Source: a virus. Taken from it: a stretch of DNA of 64,000 bases. This document shows, one piece after another, positions 28,421 through 38,443 of this stretch (positions are counted from its first letter, which is position 1; each line of letters begins with the position of its first letter). Where the stretch lies: the IMG/VR virus record IMGVR_UViG_3300031975_001631; one strand, given 5' to 3'. The notes beneath the pieces are model-generated. The model saw nothing but the letters and a program-made list of their open reading frames with translations, was not told the DNA's origin and searched no databases. The position numbers and the translations under genes were made by a program.

Positions 28421-29158
28421 TTATAAAAAGAAAACCTGATTCACTCGATCATGTTCGGTGAACATCCCATGATCAATGTTCTGCGAGTGCATCACATCAG
28501 ATTCATAAAAGATACATCTATTATACACCATTTCAGCCTCATATTCAACTCTCCACTCCCTATCACCATACAACCACTTTCTGATGTATGGAAAACATTG
28601 TTCGGGTCTTGTAACCTCATCATCAAATCCCTCGGGTTTGTCAATATATTCCGTTACCTTATATGGAAGAGACATCTGCCCCTTGTACGAATATAAATTT
28701 GTACCACCTTGACATTCTTCTGGAGTATTCAAATAAATCACTGCGCCAAACTGATTGGATTCTGTAGTAAGCTCTTGCAGATATGAATCTTGATGAGGAA
28801 TATTGAACCATGGTGCATGAAATGCACTATCATAATTCATAACATTACACATGAATCCAACAGTATCCCACTGGAATTCATATGATTGTTTATCAATATT
28901 CTTAGACCATAGAGAATTGTCTAAACAATACTCATCAAAAAAGGGTTTAAGATTCTTCTTTACTTCTGAAGTCTCTTTGAATATTCTTTGACCAGGAAGA
29001 TCGCCTATTAAACTCTCATTTGTTTTTCTCTCTAAGCTTAAAGAGAGATTTCTTATTTCGTCTGGATTTTTATAAAAATTATCGGCAATTATAATCGTTC
29101 TATTTTGCGGTCCTACTCTCTTAACACTAACATCAAGATTTTCATTAAGTTCAAACAT
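28421..29158 (-). CDS. 2OG-Fe(II) oxygenase-like (DUF6445-like)
   Basis: DNFYKNPD, PHQD, YLN.P....GGT, YNRCIFY...MHS. Confidence 0.7.
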   Translation of the reverse strand: MFELNENLDVSVKRVGPQNRTIIIADNFYKNPDEIRNLSLSLERKTNESLIGDLPGQRIFKETSEVKKNLKPFFDEYCLDNSLWSKNIDKQSYEFQWDTVGFMCNVMNYDSAFHAPWFNIPHQDSYLQELTTESNQFGAVIYLNTPEECQGGTNLYSYKGQMSLPYKVTEYIDKPEGFDDEVTRPEQCFPYIRKWLYGDREWRVEYEAEMVYNRCIFYESDVMHSQNIDHGMFTEHDRVNQVFFL

Positions 29159-29178
29159 TTTATAAAATCCTAAAAATC

Positions 29179-29207
29179 AAAAAAAATTCCGGGGAAAATT
29201 TCCCCGA
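29179..29207 (-). terminator. Rho-independent terminator
   Basis: CGGGGAA-AT-TTTCCCCG-type hairpin then a T tract on the minus strand. Confidence 0.7.
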
Positions 29208-29236
29208 AATTATGGAATTAAAAAGTCAATTTCGTT

Positions 29237-30118
29237 TCAGGACCAAGTTGTAACAACAACCAGTCCACCACCACCCCAGTCACCCCAGCATTGACTGCCT
29301 TGGGTAGATCCAGAGAATCCACCGCCACCAGGGAACAACGAAGGTGAAGAACAACATCCTCTACTGTTACCATAGGAGCAGCGAGTTACACCAAAGTTTC
29401 TATCTGTGGACCAAGGACCAACTGGAGAAGATGCAACTGCAAAGTCGTCCGAGTGACAACTATACGATTTAAATTCACCACCGGACAAACCACAAATGTA
29501 GAATTCGTTTTCTGGGTTTGCTGTATCAGGCTTAGATTGTCCATCAGGCCAAGAAGCAGAGCAAGCGTTATAACAATTGTTTCTTTGTGCTTGCTTTGCA
29601 CAGGCATAACAAGAAGCAACTGTACACTTTTGGTTAGAGTAAGATCCGCCCTGCATACAGAAGGTTCCTAATCCACCACCTAAGACGAAAGAAGGGCACC
29701 CATAGAATCCACAACCGGTTCTACCGTGACAACAACCACAGCAGGAACACCTACTAGTAGATCCCGAACAAATTGTAAACTGAGTAGATCCAGCGACAAA
29801 ATGACCACAGTTAGCGTACTGCATCTTGGTGGCATAACCACCACCACCGCCACCCATACCAGCACCGTTGCCGCAGCAACGACCACCTGCACCTGATCCA
29901 CCACCAGATACAATTTCAAATTGAATAGTGGTTACTTTTTCTGGTACGGTCCAGAGGTAACAACATCCACCATTACATGGGACATTATGACAACAGTTAT
30001 AATAGAAGCTTCGACAAACATTACCCGTAGATACGCCCGTTACTTTAGTTGGACCTACAGTTCCGTTAATAAATGCATCATCAGCATCAATTTTTTTATA
30101 GGTCTGATAATCCGCCAT
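29237..30118 (-). CDS. Cys/Gly-rich fibre-like protein, copy B
   Basis: 29 Cys in 293 aa; W.VP..V..I.FE..SGGGSG..GGGGGGY and GGGGLVVV Gly-rich fibre motifs. Confidence 0.7.
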   Translation of the reverse strand: MADYQTYKKIDADDAFINGTVGPTKVTGVSTGNVCRSFYYNCCHNVPCNGGCCYLWTVPEKVTTIQFEIVSGGGSGAGGRCCGNGAGMGGGGGGYATKMQYANCGHFVAGSTQFTICSGSTSRCSCCGCCHGRTGCGFYGCPSFVLGGGLGTFCMQGGSYSNQKCTVASCYACAKQAQRNNCYNACSASWPDGQSKPDTANPENEFYICGLSGGEFKSYSCHSDDFAVASSPVGPWSTDRNFGVTRCSYGNSRGCCSSPSLFPGGGGFSGSTQGSQCWGDWGGGGLVVVTTWS

Positions 30119-30123
30119 AATAA

Positions 30124-30867
30124 TTAGGCTCCTACAGTGCTAGTATCAGTAGAATCCAATCCAGTCTCAGGAGAATCTCCAGTAAATGCGTCACGATCAC
30201 CAGGCTCTCTAGGCCATACGATCAGATAAGTATTGTTACCAACACTACTCCAAGTATCTGGCAAGTCTCTCAACTTTTGACGATATGTTGTCCACTCACT
30301 AACAAAACCTGCTGGAGCGTCTGCAGGAATTTTATCATCAGATTGTGCAAGTAAGATATCTCTTGTTCTTCTTACTTCTTCCCATCCAAAGGAATGACTA
30401 GCAGATTCATCTTCTAGATCAATTTCTGTGTGGGGACCAGAGAATCTACCTGTATTCCAAAGACTAGTCTCAAAATTATAACCGAATGAGCACATATCAT
30501 ATACTTCATTGAAGTAAAGATAGTTAGGAATGATTGGGTTAGGCTCCGAATCAGGACCAGCAGGAGTTTCAATCAGTTCTGGAGGAAGAATACCTCCATA
30601 CATTGCAACTGCATTCATAGGATGAGTATCAGCATTAAGCTCAACAACTCTTGCCCCAGCTGGAGGATCTCTGTCTTCACCAGGATCAGATGGGAAAGAA
30701 TGCTCTACTTCCCACTTAGGATCAGCATCTGTTCCATTATTCATATACCAGAAAGTAATCCTATCTGGTCCAGTATATGTACAGATACCACTTCTATTTG
30801 TGTCCTGAGTATCGCCATACCACTCGGTAGGTACAGGATAAACAATTGTTTTAGTAATTTGCGCCAT
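30124..30867 (-). CDS. Tail fibre assembly chaperone
   Basis: VRRTRDILLAQSD...WTTYRQKLRDLP..WP motif. Confidence 0.8.
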   Translation of the reverse strand: MAQITKTIVYPVPTEWYGDTQDTNRSGICTYTGPDRITFWYMNNGTDADPKWEVEHSFPSDPGEDRDPPAGARVVELNADTHPMNAVAMYGGILPPELIETPAGPDSEPNPIIPNYLYFNEVYDMCSFGYNFETSLWNTGRFSGPHTEIDLEDESASHSFGWEEVRRTRDILLAQSDDKIPADAPAGFVSEWTTYRQKLRDLPDTWSSVGNNTYLIVWPREPGDRDAFTGDSPETGLDSTDTSTVGA

Positions 30868-30897
30868 TGCTAAAATGTACTCCGTTGTAAGTATTTA

Positions 30898-31776
30898 TCA
30901 GGACCAAGTTGTAACAACTACGAGACCGCCGCCGCCCCAGTCACCCCAGCATTGACCACCTTGACTCGCACCACTAAATCCACCACCACCAGGGAACAAC
31001 GAAGGTGAAGAACAACATCCTCTAGTGTCACCAGTGGAGCAACGACCTACTCCAAAGTTTCTTCCACTTGTCCAAGGACCAACTGGAGAAGATGCAACTG
31101 AAAATGATCTTGAGTGACAGTTAACATGCTTCAGTTCACCACCGGACAAACCACAAATATAGAATTCGTTTTCTGGGTTTGCTGAATCAGGCTTAGATTG
31201 TCCATCAGGCCAAGAAGCAGAGCAAGCAGTAAGACAGTTGGTTCTTTGTGCTACTTTCAGGCAAGCGTAGCAACTATTAGTGCATCTCTGCGATGCGAAA
31301 GATCCACCTTGCATACAGAAGGTTCCTAATCCACCACCTAAGACGAAAGAAGGGCACCCATAGAATCCACAACCGGTTCTGCCATGGCAACATCCACAAC
31401 AAGAACATCTGCTACTGGAACCAGCACAAACAGTAAACTGAGTAGATCCAGCGACAAAATGACCACAGTTAGCGTACTGCATTTTAGTAGCGTAACCGCC
31501 GCCGCCTCCACCCATGCCAGGTCCATTACCACAGCAACGGCCACCTGCACCTGATCCGCCACCAGATATAATTTCAAATTGAATCGTAGTTACTTTTTCT
31601 GGTACGGTCCAAAGGTAGCAGCAACCGCCATTACATGGGACATTATGGCAACAGTTAAAATAAAAGCTTCTACAAACATTACCTGTAGATACGCCCGTTA
31701 CCTTACCGGGTCCAATGGTTCCATCAATAACTGCATCAGAGGCATCGATTTTTTTATAGGTTTGATAGTCAGCCAT
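30898..31776 (-). CDS. Cys/Gly-rich fibre-like protein, copy A
   Basis: Near-duplicate of 29237-30118, 29 Cys. Confidence 0.7.
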   Translation of the reverse strand: MADYQTYKKIDASDAVIDGTIGPGKVTGVSTGNVCRSFYFNCCHNVPCNGGCCYLWTVPEKVTTIQFEIISGGGSGAGGRCCGNGPGMGGGGGGYATKMQYANCGHFVAGSTQFTVCAGSSSRCSCCGCCHGRTGCGFYGCPSFVLGGGLGTFCMQGGSFASQRCTNSCYACLKVAQRTNCLTACSASWPDGQSKPDSANPENEFYICGLSGGELKHVNCHSRSFSVASSPVGPWTSGRNFGVGRCSTGDTRGCCSSPSLFPGGGGFSGASQGGQCWGDWGGGGLVVVTTWS

Positions 31777-31826
31777 TGTTTATATTCTTAATGGTGAAAT
31801 TCGTAATAGTATTTATGAAAACATAA

Positions 31827-31853
31827 TAAAAAGAAGGGAGATTGCTCTCCCTT
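31827..31853 (-). terminator. Rho-independent terminator
   Basis: AAGGGAGA-GCAA-TCTCCCTT then CTTTTT. Confidence 0.8.
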
Positions 31854-31863
31854 GTGATATGAA

Positions 31864-34800
31864 TCAGATGGTGATGATTCTCCATCCTTGTGATCCATCA
31901 TAGTATACCAATTCAAATGCCGCGCCTTCAGTAGATACAACCAAGTCAGCAGCGTCACCCATGATTGGTTCACCATTTCTACCAATTGTAAGGTTGTTAG
32001 TATCAAATGTCTTGGCGATATCAAAGATTCTAATGGAGTCACCCTTAACAGGAGATAAAGGTAAAGTGACAGTGAATGAACCACCACTAGTATTACACCA
32101 AGCTTGCTGTCTATTTGCCAATGTAGTTCCATCAGCACTGACATCTACATTAGCGTAAGCACCTAGAGGCAACCAACTAGATCCGTTATAGAATTCAAAT
32201 CCATCAGCATCAGTATCGTAACGAAGACCACCTTCGATCAGATCAACACCAGTTGGACGAGAGGCTTGAGCACCACGAGGAGGAACCAGGATACCAGAAG
32301 TGGAATCCATCTTACCGCGAGTGAGGAAGCCACGAACTGCTTTCTCAGTAGGACATGCACTGTTAGAGTCGCCAGACAGGAATTCGTCCGAGGAGAATTC
32401 GTTGACTGCTTCACCAATCTGACCACCAATGGCACCCAGTCTCAGTTCAGAAAGACCTGACAGGTTGAATGCGGAAGCATCCAGGGTAGCAGCACCAGTC
32501 AACTGGTTAACAGAGAAGTATTCACCAACTCTGAAGTTACCGCCTTGGTCAGTAGATACGAAGAAGATCTTACCAGTATTCAGTACAGTTGTCTCGTTAC
32601 CCTGAGAAGCTGTGTTCTCATCAACAGTTGGATAATTAGTTTGTGAGGTGTTACCTGTACCAATTAGCAGGAAGTCATGACCTGTGAGACGAACCTTGGA
32701 GAACTTAGATCTCATCAAGAACTCTTGATCATCAAACGAAGCAGGAGCAGATCCTTTAACTGGTGCAATGTTGATCGTTGCACGACCAGATGCAAAGTCA
32801 TATGCAGAAACTGTTCTAATAATGTAACTAATTGAATCGGAGAATCCCAATCCAACTGTAGTGAATCCAATCGCATCACCAACAAGTGGTGTTGTACTCA
32901 GTCCGACTACTTCAAATAGTCCATCTTTCTGTCCGCCAACGGCGTTAGATGCAGATGCAATCTTAACATATCCTGTAGCACCAGCACCAACACTGTCAAA
33001 TTCAATGAACTCACCAGGTGTGAAGACAGTAGTACCAACACCAACAGCACCGTTAGCACCATCGGGGTTACCAAATCCAGCATTGTACTTAAAGTACAGT
33101 TGATCACCAGCGATCTGATTGTTTGTAACAACAGCACGAGCTCCTGATACAGTACCACGCATCGTAGCACCAACAGAGATAGTACCAGCAGAAGTACCAA
33201 CTTGGGTAGACATCTTGTCACCATAGAGGCGACCAGGACGAGCAGATTCTAGTGTGGAGAATCCAACAGCCAATGCACCGTAGTTACCATAGGAGTTGTT
33301 ACCTGAGAGAGATCTGATTTCAGATCCATCATCAGAAACATAACCGAAAGCACAGTAGTAAGTGAAGGAAGAAACAATTTCAGCAAGAGCATCGTCTTCA
33401 AGCCAGAAACCTACGCCACCGGAGTGAATGTTGGTAAAGGCATCGAATACCATCGATTTACCACCTCTACCCTCTCGTGCTTGCCTGGCTTCGTGAACAC
33501 CACCCTCAATAAAGACACCAATAGCACCTTGATGTCCAGTGCCGTCAATACACAGGTTAGAGAAGGCAGTACAGTCTTTGATGTAGGGTGAACGCTCAAG
33601 GATAGGAGTATCAGGATTAAGTCTGAAGTAAACACCGCAAGATGTAGTACCTACACCAACCTTGGGTTGCCACTTATCAGTATTGAAAGCATCATTAGTG
33701 TCATAATTAAATCCTTGCAGACCACGCATCGTGATTGCCTGAACCGTAGTAGAGTCAGACACGAAGAACATCGTCTGACGGCTATTAGGAACAAGACCGT
33801 CAGTGGAAACACCAGGTGCTGGTTCAACAGTCGTTCCTCTCAGGACATCACCGGCAATGGAGAAGTTCTTAGGTAGAGTAATAGGAAGCTGTTCACTGAA
33901 TACACCAGCAGACAACTTAAGAATGATAGGAGATACATCAGTAACCTCACCACCACTCACATAAGTATGAGCAATAGTAGAGATGCCAACATTAGTTACG
34001 AAACTGTTGGAATCATTAACGGCGTCAACTCTAAAGAAGAATCCTTGTGTACCATCAGGGAAGATAGTAGTTGTAACACCAGCATGTGCCTGAGCACAAG
34101 TGAATGCAATACCCTGAAGTTTAACCTGACCCTGAGGGAACAAACCATGGGCAGCAGCAGTAACTGTTGCAATACCACTGGTTTCATCATAAACAAAGTT
34201 TGTGATATCCCTTCTGGTTTGACCAGCAGTAGAAGCATAAGCAATTGAACCCCAAGCATTGTCTGGGGTAAGACCTGTGTTATTATTACTACCCTGCTGT
34301 GCATCAACATAGTATACCTTGGTGCGAAGACCAGGATACTGCCACTCAATCTCATCGCCAGAAGAGACTCTTAGATATGTGCCTTGCGTACCAATACCCT
34401 GTCTCGTAGGTCCAGTACCATCTCTGGTAAGCAAGTCACCTTTGGTTGTCAGCAGTGCTGCGCTGTCACCGATAGCGAACGCTGCCCACATGCTAACAGC
34501 AGTACCAGGTTGAACATTAATGTTCGATGAAGCTACCGAGATGTAAGCAGAGGATGAATACTCGGCAACATCACCGATCTCATATACACTAGAACCACTC
34601 CAGGTACTTCTCCAGTTAAATCCTCTAGCTAACAGAGACCAACCATTAGTACCAGTATCAATGGTAGTAATAGCAGTACCGACAGGTCGGTTGTCTCCAA
34701 GAATCTTAACTTGGTCAGCAATATAAGTATTACCACCAAGGGTTACAATCTCACCACGAGCATAGATCTCATTAGGATCGTAGGTAGTACCTGCTCCAGT

Positions 34801-35532
34801 ACCAATACCACCAACAAGAACTGACCACTGATCAGCGTTTTCGTTAGGTTGAGCACCTTTAGGGTTAGTACCGATAGCAACATAAGATGCACCGATGTAC
34901 TCTACAATATCCCCCCTTTCATAGCGGGTATTTGCATTGTAAAGACCTTCATTAGTGAAGGCTTTATTAAAGTCTGTAAAATTAGATGCTGGAGGATAGA
35001 AACCATCCGAACCTACTCCAGTAGGATCATGGAAACTAGTAGAAACCCCCTGCATTGTAAAGTCGCTAGCGACTTGGAAGGGAACAATTGTACGATACTC
35101 TTGTCCACCATACTTAACAACATCATTGATGCCATAATAAGTGGCAGTTGTAAAAGCACCTCGGAAGTTCAGTCCCTCAGCATAGAGATCCCAGTATGCT
35201 GGGAAATCAGAACTGTACCAGTTGCTTTGTACACCAACTGACACATGTTGTGCCGTACAGATATATTGATTACCGCCTTCCTTGACGATATCGTTTACAA
35301 CATATCCGGTGCTAACTGTCCACTCGCCAGCATAGTTCTGACCCTCTGTATGGAGGTCCCAGTTGGCACTATCGTTTGGAAATCCAGTAGAACTGGCATC
35401 TGAAGTATGATTTGTTGTACAAACATAACTGCTGGCACCGTATCTAACGATGTCATCAATAATGAATGCGGTAGAAGCTGTCCAGGCACCACGCCAGTTA
35501 AATTTCAGTCTACCAAGTCTAAATTCTGCCAT
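31864..35532 (-). CDS. Large tail fibre/spike protein
   Basis: N-terminal W....Y..(G)D.V.YG..Y repeats, central beta-helix-like region, C-terminal fibre-attachment-like domain. Confidence 0.7.
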   Translation of the reverse strand: MAEFRLGRLKFNWRGAWTASTAFIIDDIVRYGASSYVCTTNHTSDASSTGFPNDSANWDLHTEGQNYAGEWTVSTGYVVNDIVKEGGNQYICTAQHVSVGVQSNWYSSDFPAYWDLYAEGLNFRGAFTTATYYGINDVVKYGGQEYRTIVPFQVASDFTMQGVSTSFHDPTGVGSDGFYPPASNFTDFNKAFTNEGLYNANTRYERGDIVEYIGASYVAIGTNPKGAQPNENADQWSVLVGGIGTGAGTTYDPNEIYARGEIVTLGGNTYIADQVKILGDNRPVGTAITTIDTGTNGWSLLARGFNWRSTWSGSSVYEIGDVAEYSSSAYISVASSNINVQPGTAVSMWAAFAIGDSAALLTTKGDLLTRDGTGPTRQGIGTQGTYLRVSSGDEIEWQYPGLRTKVYYVDAQQGSNNNTGLTPDNAWGSIAYASTAGQTRRDITNFVYDETSGIATVTAAAHGLFPQGQVKLQGIAFTCAQAHAGVTTTIFPDGTQGFFFRVDAVNDSNSFVTNVGISTIAHTYVSGGEVTDVSPIILKLSAGVFSEQLPITLPKNFSIAGDVLRGTTVEPAPGVSTDGLVPNSRQTMFFVSDSTTVQAITMRGLQGFNYDTNDAFNTDKWQPKVGVGTTSCGVYFRLNPDTPILERSPYIKDCTAFSNLCIDGTGHQGAIGVFIEGGVHEARQAREGRGGKSMVFDAFTNIHSGGVGFWLEDDALAEIVSSFTYYCAFGYVSDDGSEIRSLSGNNSYGNYGALAVGFSTLESARPGRLYGDKMSTQVGTSAGTISVGATMRGTVSGARAVVTNNQIAGDQLYFKYNAGFGNPDGANGAVGVGTTVFTPGEFIEFDSVGAGATGYVKIASASNAVGGQKDGLFEVVGLSTTPLVGDAIGFTTVGLGFSDSISYIIRTVSAYDFASGRATINIAPVKGSAPASFDDQEFLMRSKFSKVRLTGHDFLLIGTGNTSQTNYPTVDENTASQGNETTVLNTGKIFFVSTDQGGNFRVGEYFSVNQLTGAATLDASAFNLSGLSELRLGAIGGQIGEAVNEFSSDEFLSGDSNSACPTEKAVRGFLTRGKMDSTSGILVPPRGAQASRPTGVDLIEGGLRYDTDADGFEFYNGSSWLPLGAYANVDVSADGTTLANRQQAWCNTSGGSFTVTLPLSPVKGDSIRIFDIAKTFDTNNLTIGRNGEPIMGDAADLVVSTEGAAFELVYYDGSQGWRIITI

Positions 35533-35544
35533 TGTAGGTTCTCG

Positions 35545-35895
35545 TTAAACAGGTTCAGAGTATGAATGGGTTCCGTTGACCTGAAGGACTAGATATCCAT
35601 CAGTGTCTAGGTAATAAAAAAGGTTGCGCCTATCAAAGCGTATCTGTTGATATTTATCTTGTGGGTTATTGGCAAGTGATTTTTGTTCAGTGGTTTCTTC
35701 AACATAATCGTTGTAGTCCCCGAACTCTTCAACCTGCGTTCCATCTAAACGATGAGGATCAAGAGTTTCACTGGTAGATGCCGTGCTTACTTTACTAAAG
35801 AACAGCATGTCATTTGCATCTCTCCTCAACGCATAAACATAATAACCCGTAGAATCTTTAGGCTGAAAATGTGCGTTACTTAAAGTTAATGCCAT
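35545..35895 (-). CDS. Hypothetical virion protein
   Basis: ORF track; YQQIRFD.RNLFYYLD.DGYLV. Confidence 0.6.
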   Translation of the reverse strand: MALTLSNAHFQPKDSTGYYVYALRRDANDMLFFSKVSTASTSETLDPHRLDGTQVEEFGDYNDYVEETTEQKSLANNPQDKYQQIRFDRRNLFYYLDTDGYLVLQVNGTHSYSEPV

Positions 35896-36365
35896 TAGCT
35901 AATGATTCTCCAATAAGTACCTGTCCACAAGAACATAACAGTCACTCCCGAAACATCTAAGTTAACGGGACCATTATCAATGTTGCCAATCGCATCTTTG
36001 AATTGATGCGCGGATGAGGTCAATATAACATTATTTATATTCCAGTTTTGTCCGCCATCAGCGATCTCAATACTGTCTCCAATAGAGAGATTGACCACGG
36101 GCATTGTAGCGTTAATGGCACCAGCACTAGTATTCGCAAGATATCTCTTGTTAACAACTAACTGGGTAGTAATAGGACCAGTAAGGTCAGTATAGACAGG
36201 AGTGGCACCAGTTGCTGCTTGAGCAACTGTTTCTACATTGTTCCCAGATCTGATATAGATTTTCTGGTCAACTATATTAATAGCCATCTCTCCATCTTCC
36301 AGGTCTACTAAACCAGGAATCTGACCCTGCGTGGTACTTCTTTTTGGTTTAATGCGTGTAGGCAT
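35895..36365 (-). CDS. Small virion/fibre adaptor protein
   Basis: IKPKRST..G.IP..L.DGEMAIN N-terminus; C-terminal domain like the end of the 1222-aa fibre. Confidence 0.6.
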   Translation of the reverse strand: MPTRIKPKRSTTQGQIPGLVDLEDGEMAINIVDQKIYIRSGNNVETVAQAATGATPVYTDLTGPITTQLVVNKRYLANTSAGAINATMPVVNLSIGDSIEIADGGQNWNINNVILTSSAHQFKDAIGNIDNGPVNLDVSGVTVMFLWTGTYWRIIS

Positions 36366-36399
36366 TACGACAAAATGAATATGTGACTCATAGTATTTA

Positions 36400-36885
36400 T
36401 CAGAAGTAACTTACCGATAATACAATTCTAGCTTTTTGATCAGTACAGGTGGTGCTATGGTGTGGTTCAGATCCATCAAAAAGAACAACTCTATTCTCAA
36501 CACTCTCTACTTTTGTTCCATCTTTGAATCCAGTATATCCATTACAAGTATTCAAATATAAAACTGCAGTCTTATGATTGTAATGATAATCCTCATGAAA
36601 ATCATGTTCAATAAATTTACCACTATTGGGATACAAATTAAATCTTACTCTTATAAGAGCTTTTACATTTAAATAATTTACTAACAAATGATCCAGTTCT
36701 TTTATGAAAGAACTCTGTGGTTCAAACCGATCAAATACCCTATGAGTAAAAAAGAAATGGTTATCGTTCATTTCACCTAAGTTAGCAACCTCTTGACAAA
36801 ATACCCAAGGAAACTGTGTACTGAATACACTATTCTTTAGATGATCAAAATAGTCTTGCTCCAAATAATTATCAAGTATCTTCAT
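36400..36885 (-). CDS. 2OG-Fe(II) oxygenase-like
   Basis: FHED, LYLNTCNGYT, NRVVLFDG..PHHS. Confidence 0.75.
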   Translation of the reverse strand: MKILDNYLEQDYFDHLKNSVFSTQFPWVFCQEVANLGEMNDNHFFFTHRVFDRFEPQSSFIKELDHLLVNYLNVKALIRVRFNLYPNSGKFIEHDFHEDYHYNHKTAVLYLNTCNGYTGFKDGTKVESVENRVVLFDGSEPHHSTTCTDQKARIVLSVSYF

Positions 36886-37465
36886 GGTAATATTCATAGA
36901 GATTAAACGCGATTGACATCCGAGGTTCTTTACCATCACTCAAATTTCTATCTACATTATGAGCTAATGATGCAGGAAAAAGAATCATCAATCCATCATC
37001 AGGTTCGACAGAAAAACATGTTTGCTGAGTTAATGATAAATTATGTTCATCTAAATGATGAAAAGTAATACCCCCAGAGTTATCTGGTACATTTATGTAT
37101 AGTACTCCAGCTATAGATGACCCAGGATGAGTGTGTCTTACATTATAACACTCAACATAATTAATATTAAACCACATGTTGGCAAGACGAGGTTGAAAAT
37201 TAACCTCTACGAGTTCATTCTTATAGTACACTTCCAACAAACTCAGGATTCTATCACTTAAATAATTTAGAAAAGGGGTAAAGCTTTTCTCTAGATAAAA
37301 ATCATCAGGACTTTGATATCCATCAACATTACTTCTATGGTTTGGTTGATAAACTTTAGCATAATTTTCCATCCAATCCATGAAATGATCTTGAATATCA
37401 TCAAAGTCATCATCAAAAGATCTTGCCACAACATATGGCAGAATGGAAAAAGAATCTTCAGTCAA
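36872..37465 (-). CDS. 2OG-Fe(II) oxygenase-like (HxH type)
   Basis: WFNIN, HTHP, GVLY, LFPASLAH, RMSIAFN. Confidence 0.8.
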   Translation of the reverse strand: MTEDSFSILPYVVARSFDDDFDDIQDHFMDWMENYAKVYQPNHRSNVDGYQSPDDFYLEKSFTPFLNYLSDRILSLLEVYYKNELVEVNFQPRLANMWFNINYVECYNVRHTHPGSSIAGVLYINVPDNSGGITFHHLDEHNLSLTQQTCFSVEPDDGLMILFPASLAHNVDRNLSDGKEPRMSIAFNLYEYYHEDT

Positions 37466-38120
37466 TGTAATTATTCTCCTCTAACCATTCGCGAGTCATT
37501 GGGGTTGGTTCGTAAACTTCCCACATAGAACCAGTAGCACATGCATCTAGTGCTGCCATAGTCATACCTTCTGTCTTACCTGCCCAGGTTGCTTCTGCTT
37601 CCCAAGGTACAGCAGACTTAGGATAGGTACGCTCTACCATCTCTCTCCAGAGCATAGGAACTTCATCTTCAGGTTTAATAATAGCAATCATACTATTATT
37701 AATTGTTCCTGCCATACAATCTTGTGCAGCATGCCATCCCTCATGTCTCATGACTGCCATAAGAACTCCAGGATCATTCATATAATTTTCATTCAGGAAG
37801 AAGTTATTACTTACAGTATGATAGACACCACGATGACCTACTGGGAAATACTTATCGTCAGCAAGATATACTTTCACACCAACCTGATTAAGGGAGGAAA
37901 GCATATGATTAAACTCGTTCGCAACTACAGTAAAACGAGAGTAGTTTTTATATTCGGATGAGACATCCAATAAGGAGTGTACTTCTTTCACACCATCAGT
38001 ACATTCACCTAATAGCATACATCCCATGGAATCCATAGTCTTATATCCTTTAGTGATTTTATCTTCGTTAGCGAAGACTGGAGATGCTGCTAGAAGCAGA
38101 GCTAAAAGAAGTTTTTTCAT
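37458..38120 (-). CDS. Secreted HEXXH protein (zincin-like)
   Basis: Signal peptide MKKLLLALLLAASPVFA; RHEGWH; later WEAEA. Confidence 0.6.
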   Translation of the reverse strand: MKKLLLALLLAASPVFANEDKITKGYKTMDSMGCMLLGECTDGVKEVHSLLDVSSEYKNYSRFTVVANEFNHMLSSLNQVGVKVYLADDKYFPVGHRGVYHTVSNNFFLNENYMNDPGVLMAVMRHEGWHAAQDCMAGTINNSMIAIIKPEDEVPMLWREMVERTYPKSAVPWEAEATWAGKTEGMTMAALDACATGSMWEVYEPTPMTREWLEENNYID

Positions 38121-38122
38121 AA

Positions 38123-38407
38123 TTAAACTCTAAAGTGAATTGGTTGTGAATCTGATTGAGGTAAAGACTGCTGAATTTCAAGTTCTTGACCCTCAACTAC
38201 AATCTTTGCAGGAGGAAGTCCATGTTGCCCAGGCAACTCTTTATCTGTAGTAGCCGTAATATCAATAACTTGATCGGTAATAAATTTATTTTTTCTATAT
38301 GTTCTACCAGGAACCATGGAACATAAGTTTATTGCATCTTTTTCCCATCCACAGTCAGCATACTTTTTACCAAGAGAATCATATACTGAGTAATATTCAT
38401 TTCCCAT
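38123..38407 (-). CDS. Conserved hypothetical protein
   Basis: ORF track; DCGWEKDA, DQVID. Confidence 0.6.
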   Translation of the reverse strand: MGNEYYSVYDSLGKKYADCGWEKDAINLCSMVPGRTYRKNKFITDQVIDITATTDKELPGQHGLPPAKIVVEGQELEIQQSLPQSDSQPIHFRV

Positions 38408-38443
38408 AAGAGGAGGTGCTATTCCCAACTAATTATAGCATAT

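Noticed and set aside
29237-31776. Diversity-generating retroelement (TR/VR pair)
   Set aside because: No reverse transcriptase in the window; both copies are full ORFs and differences are not visibly restricted to adenines
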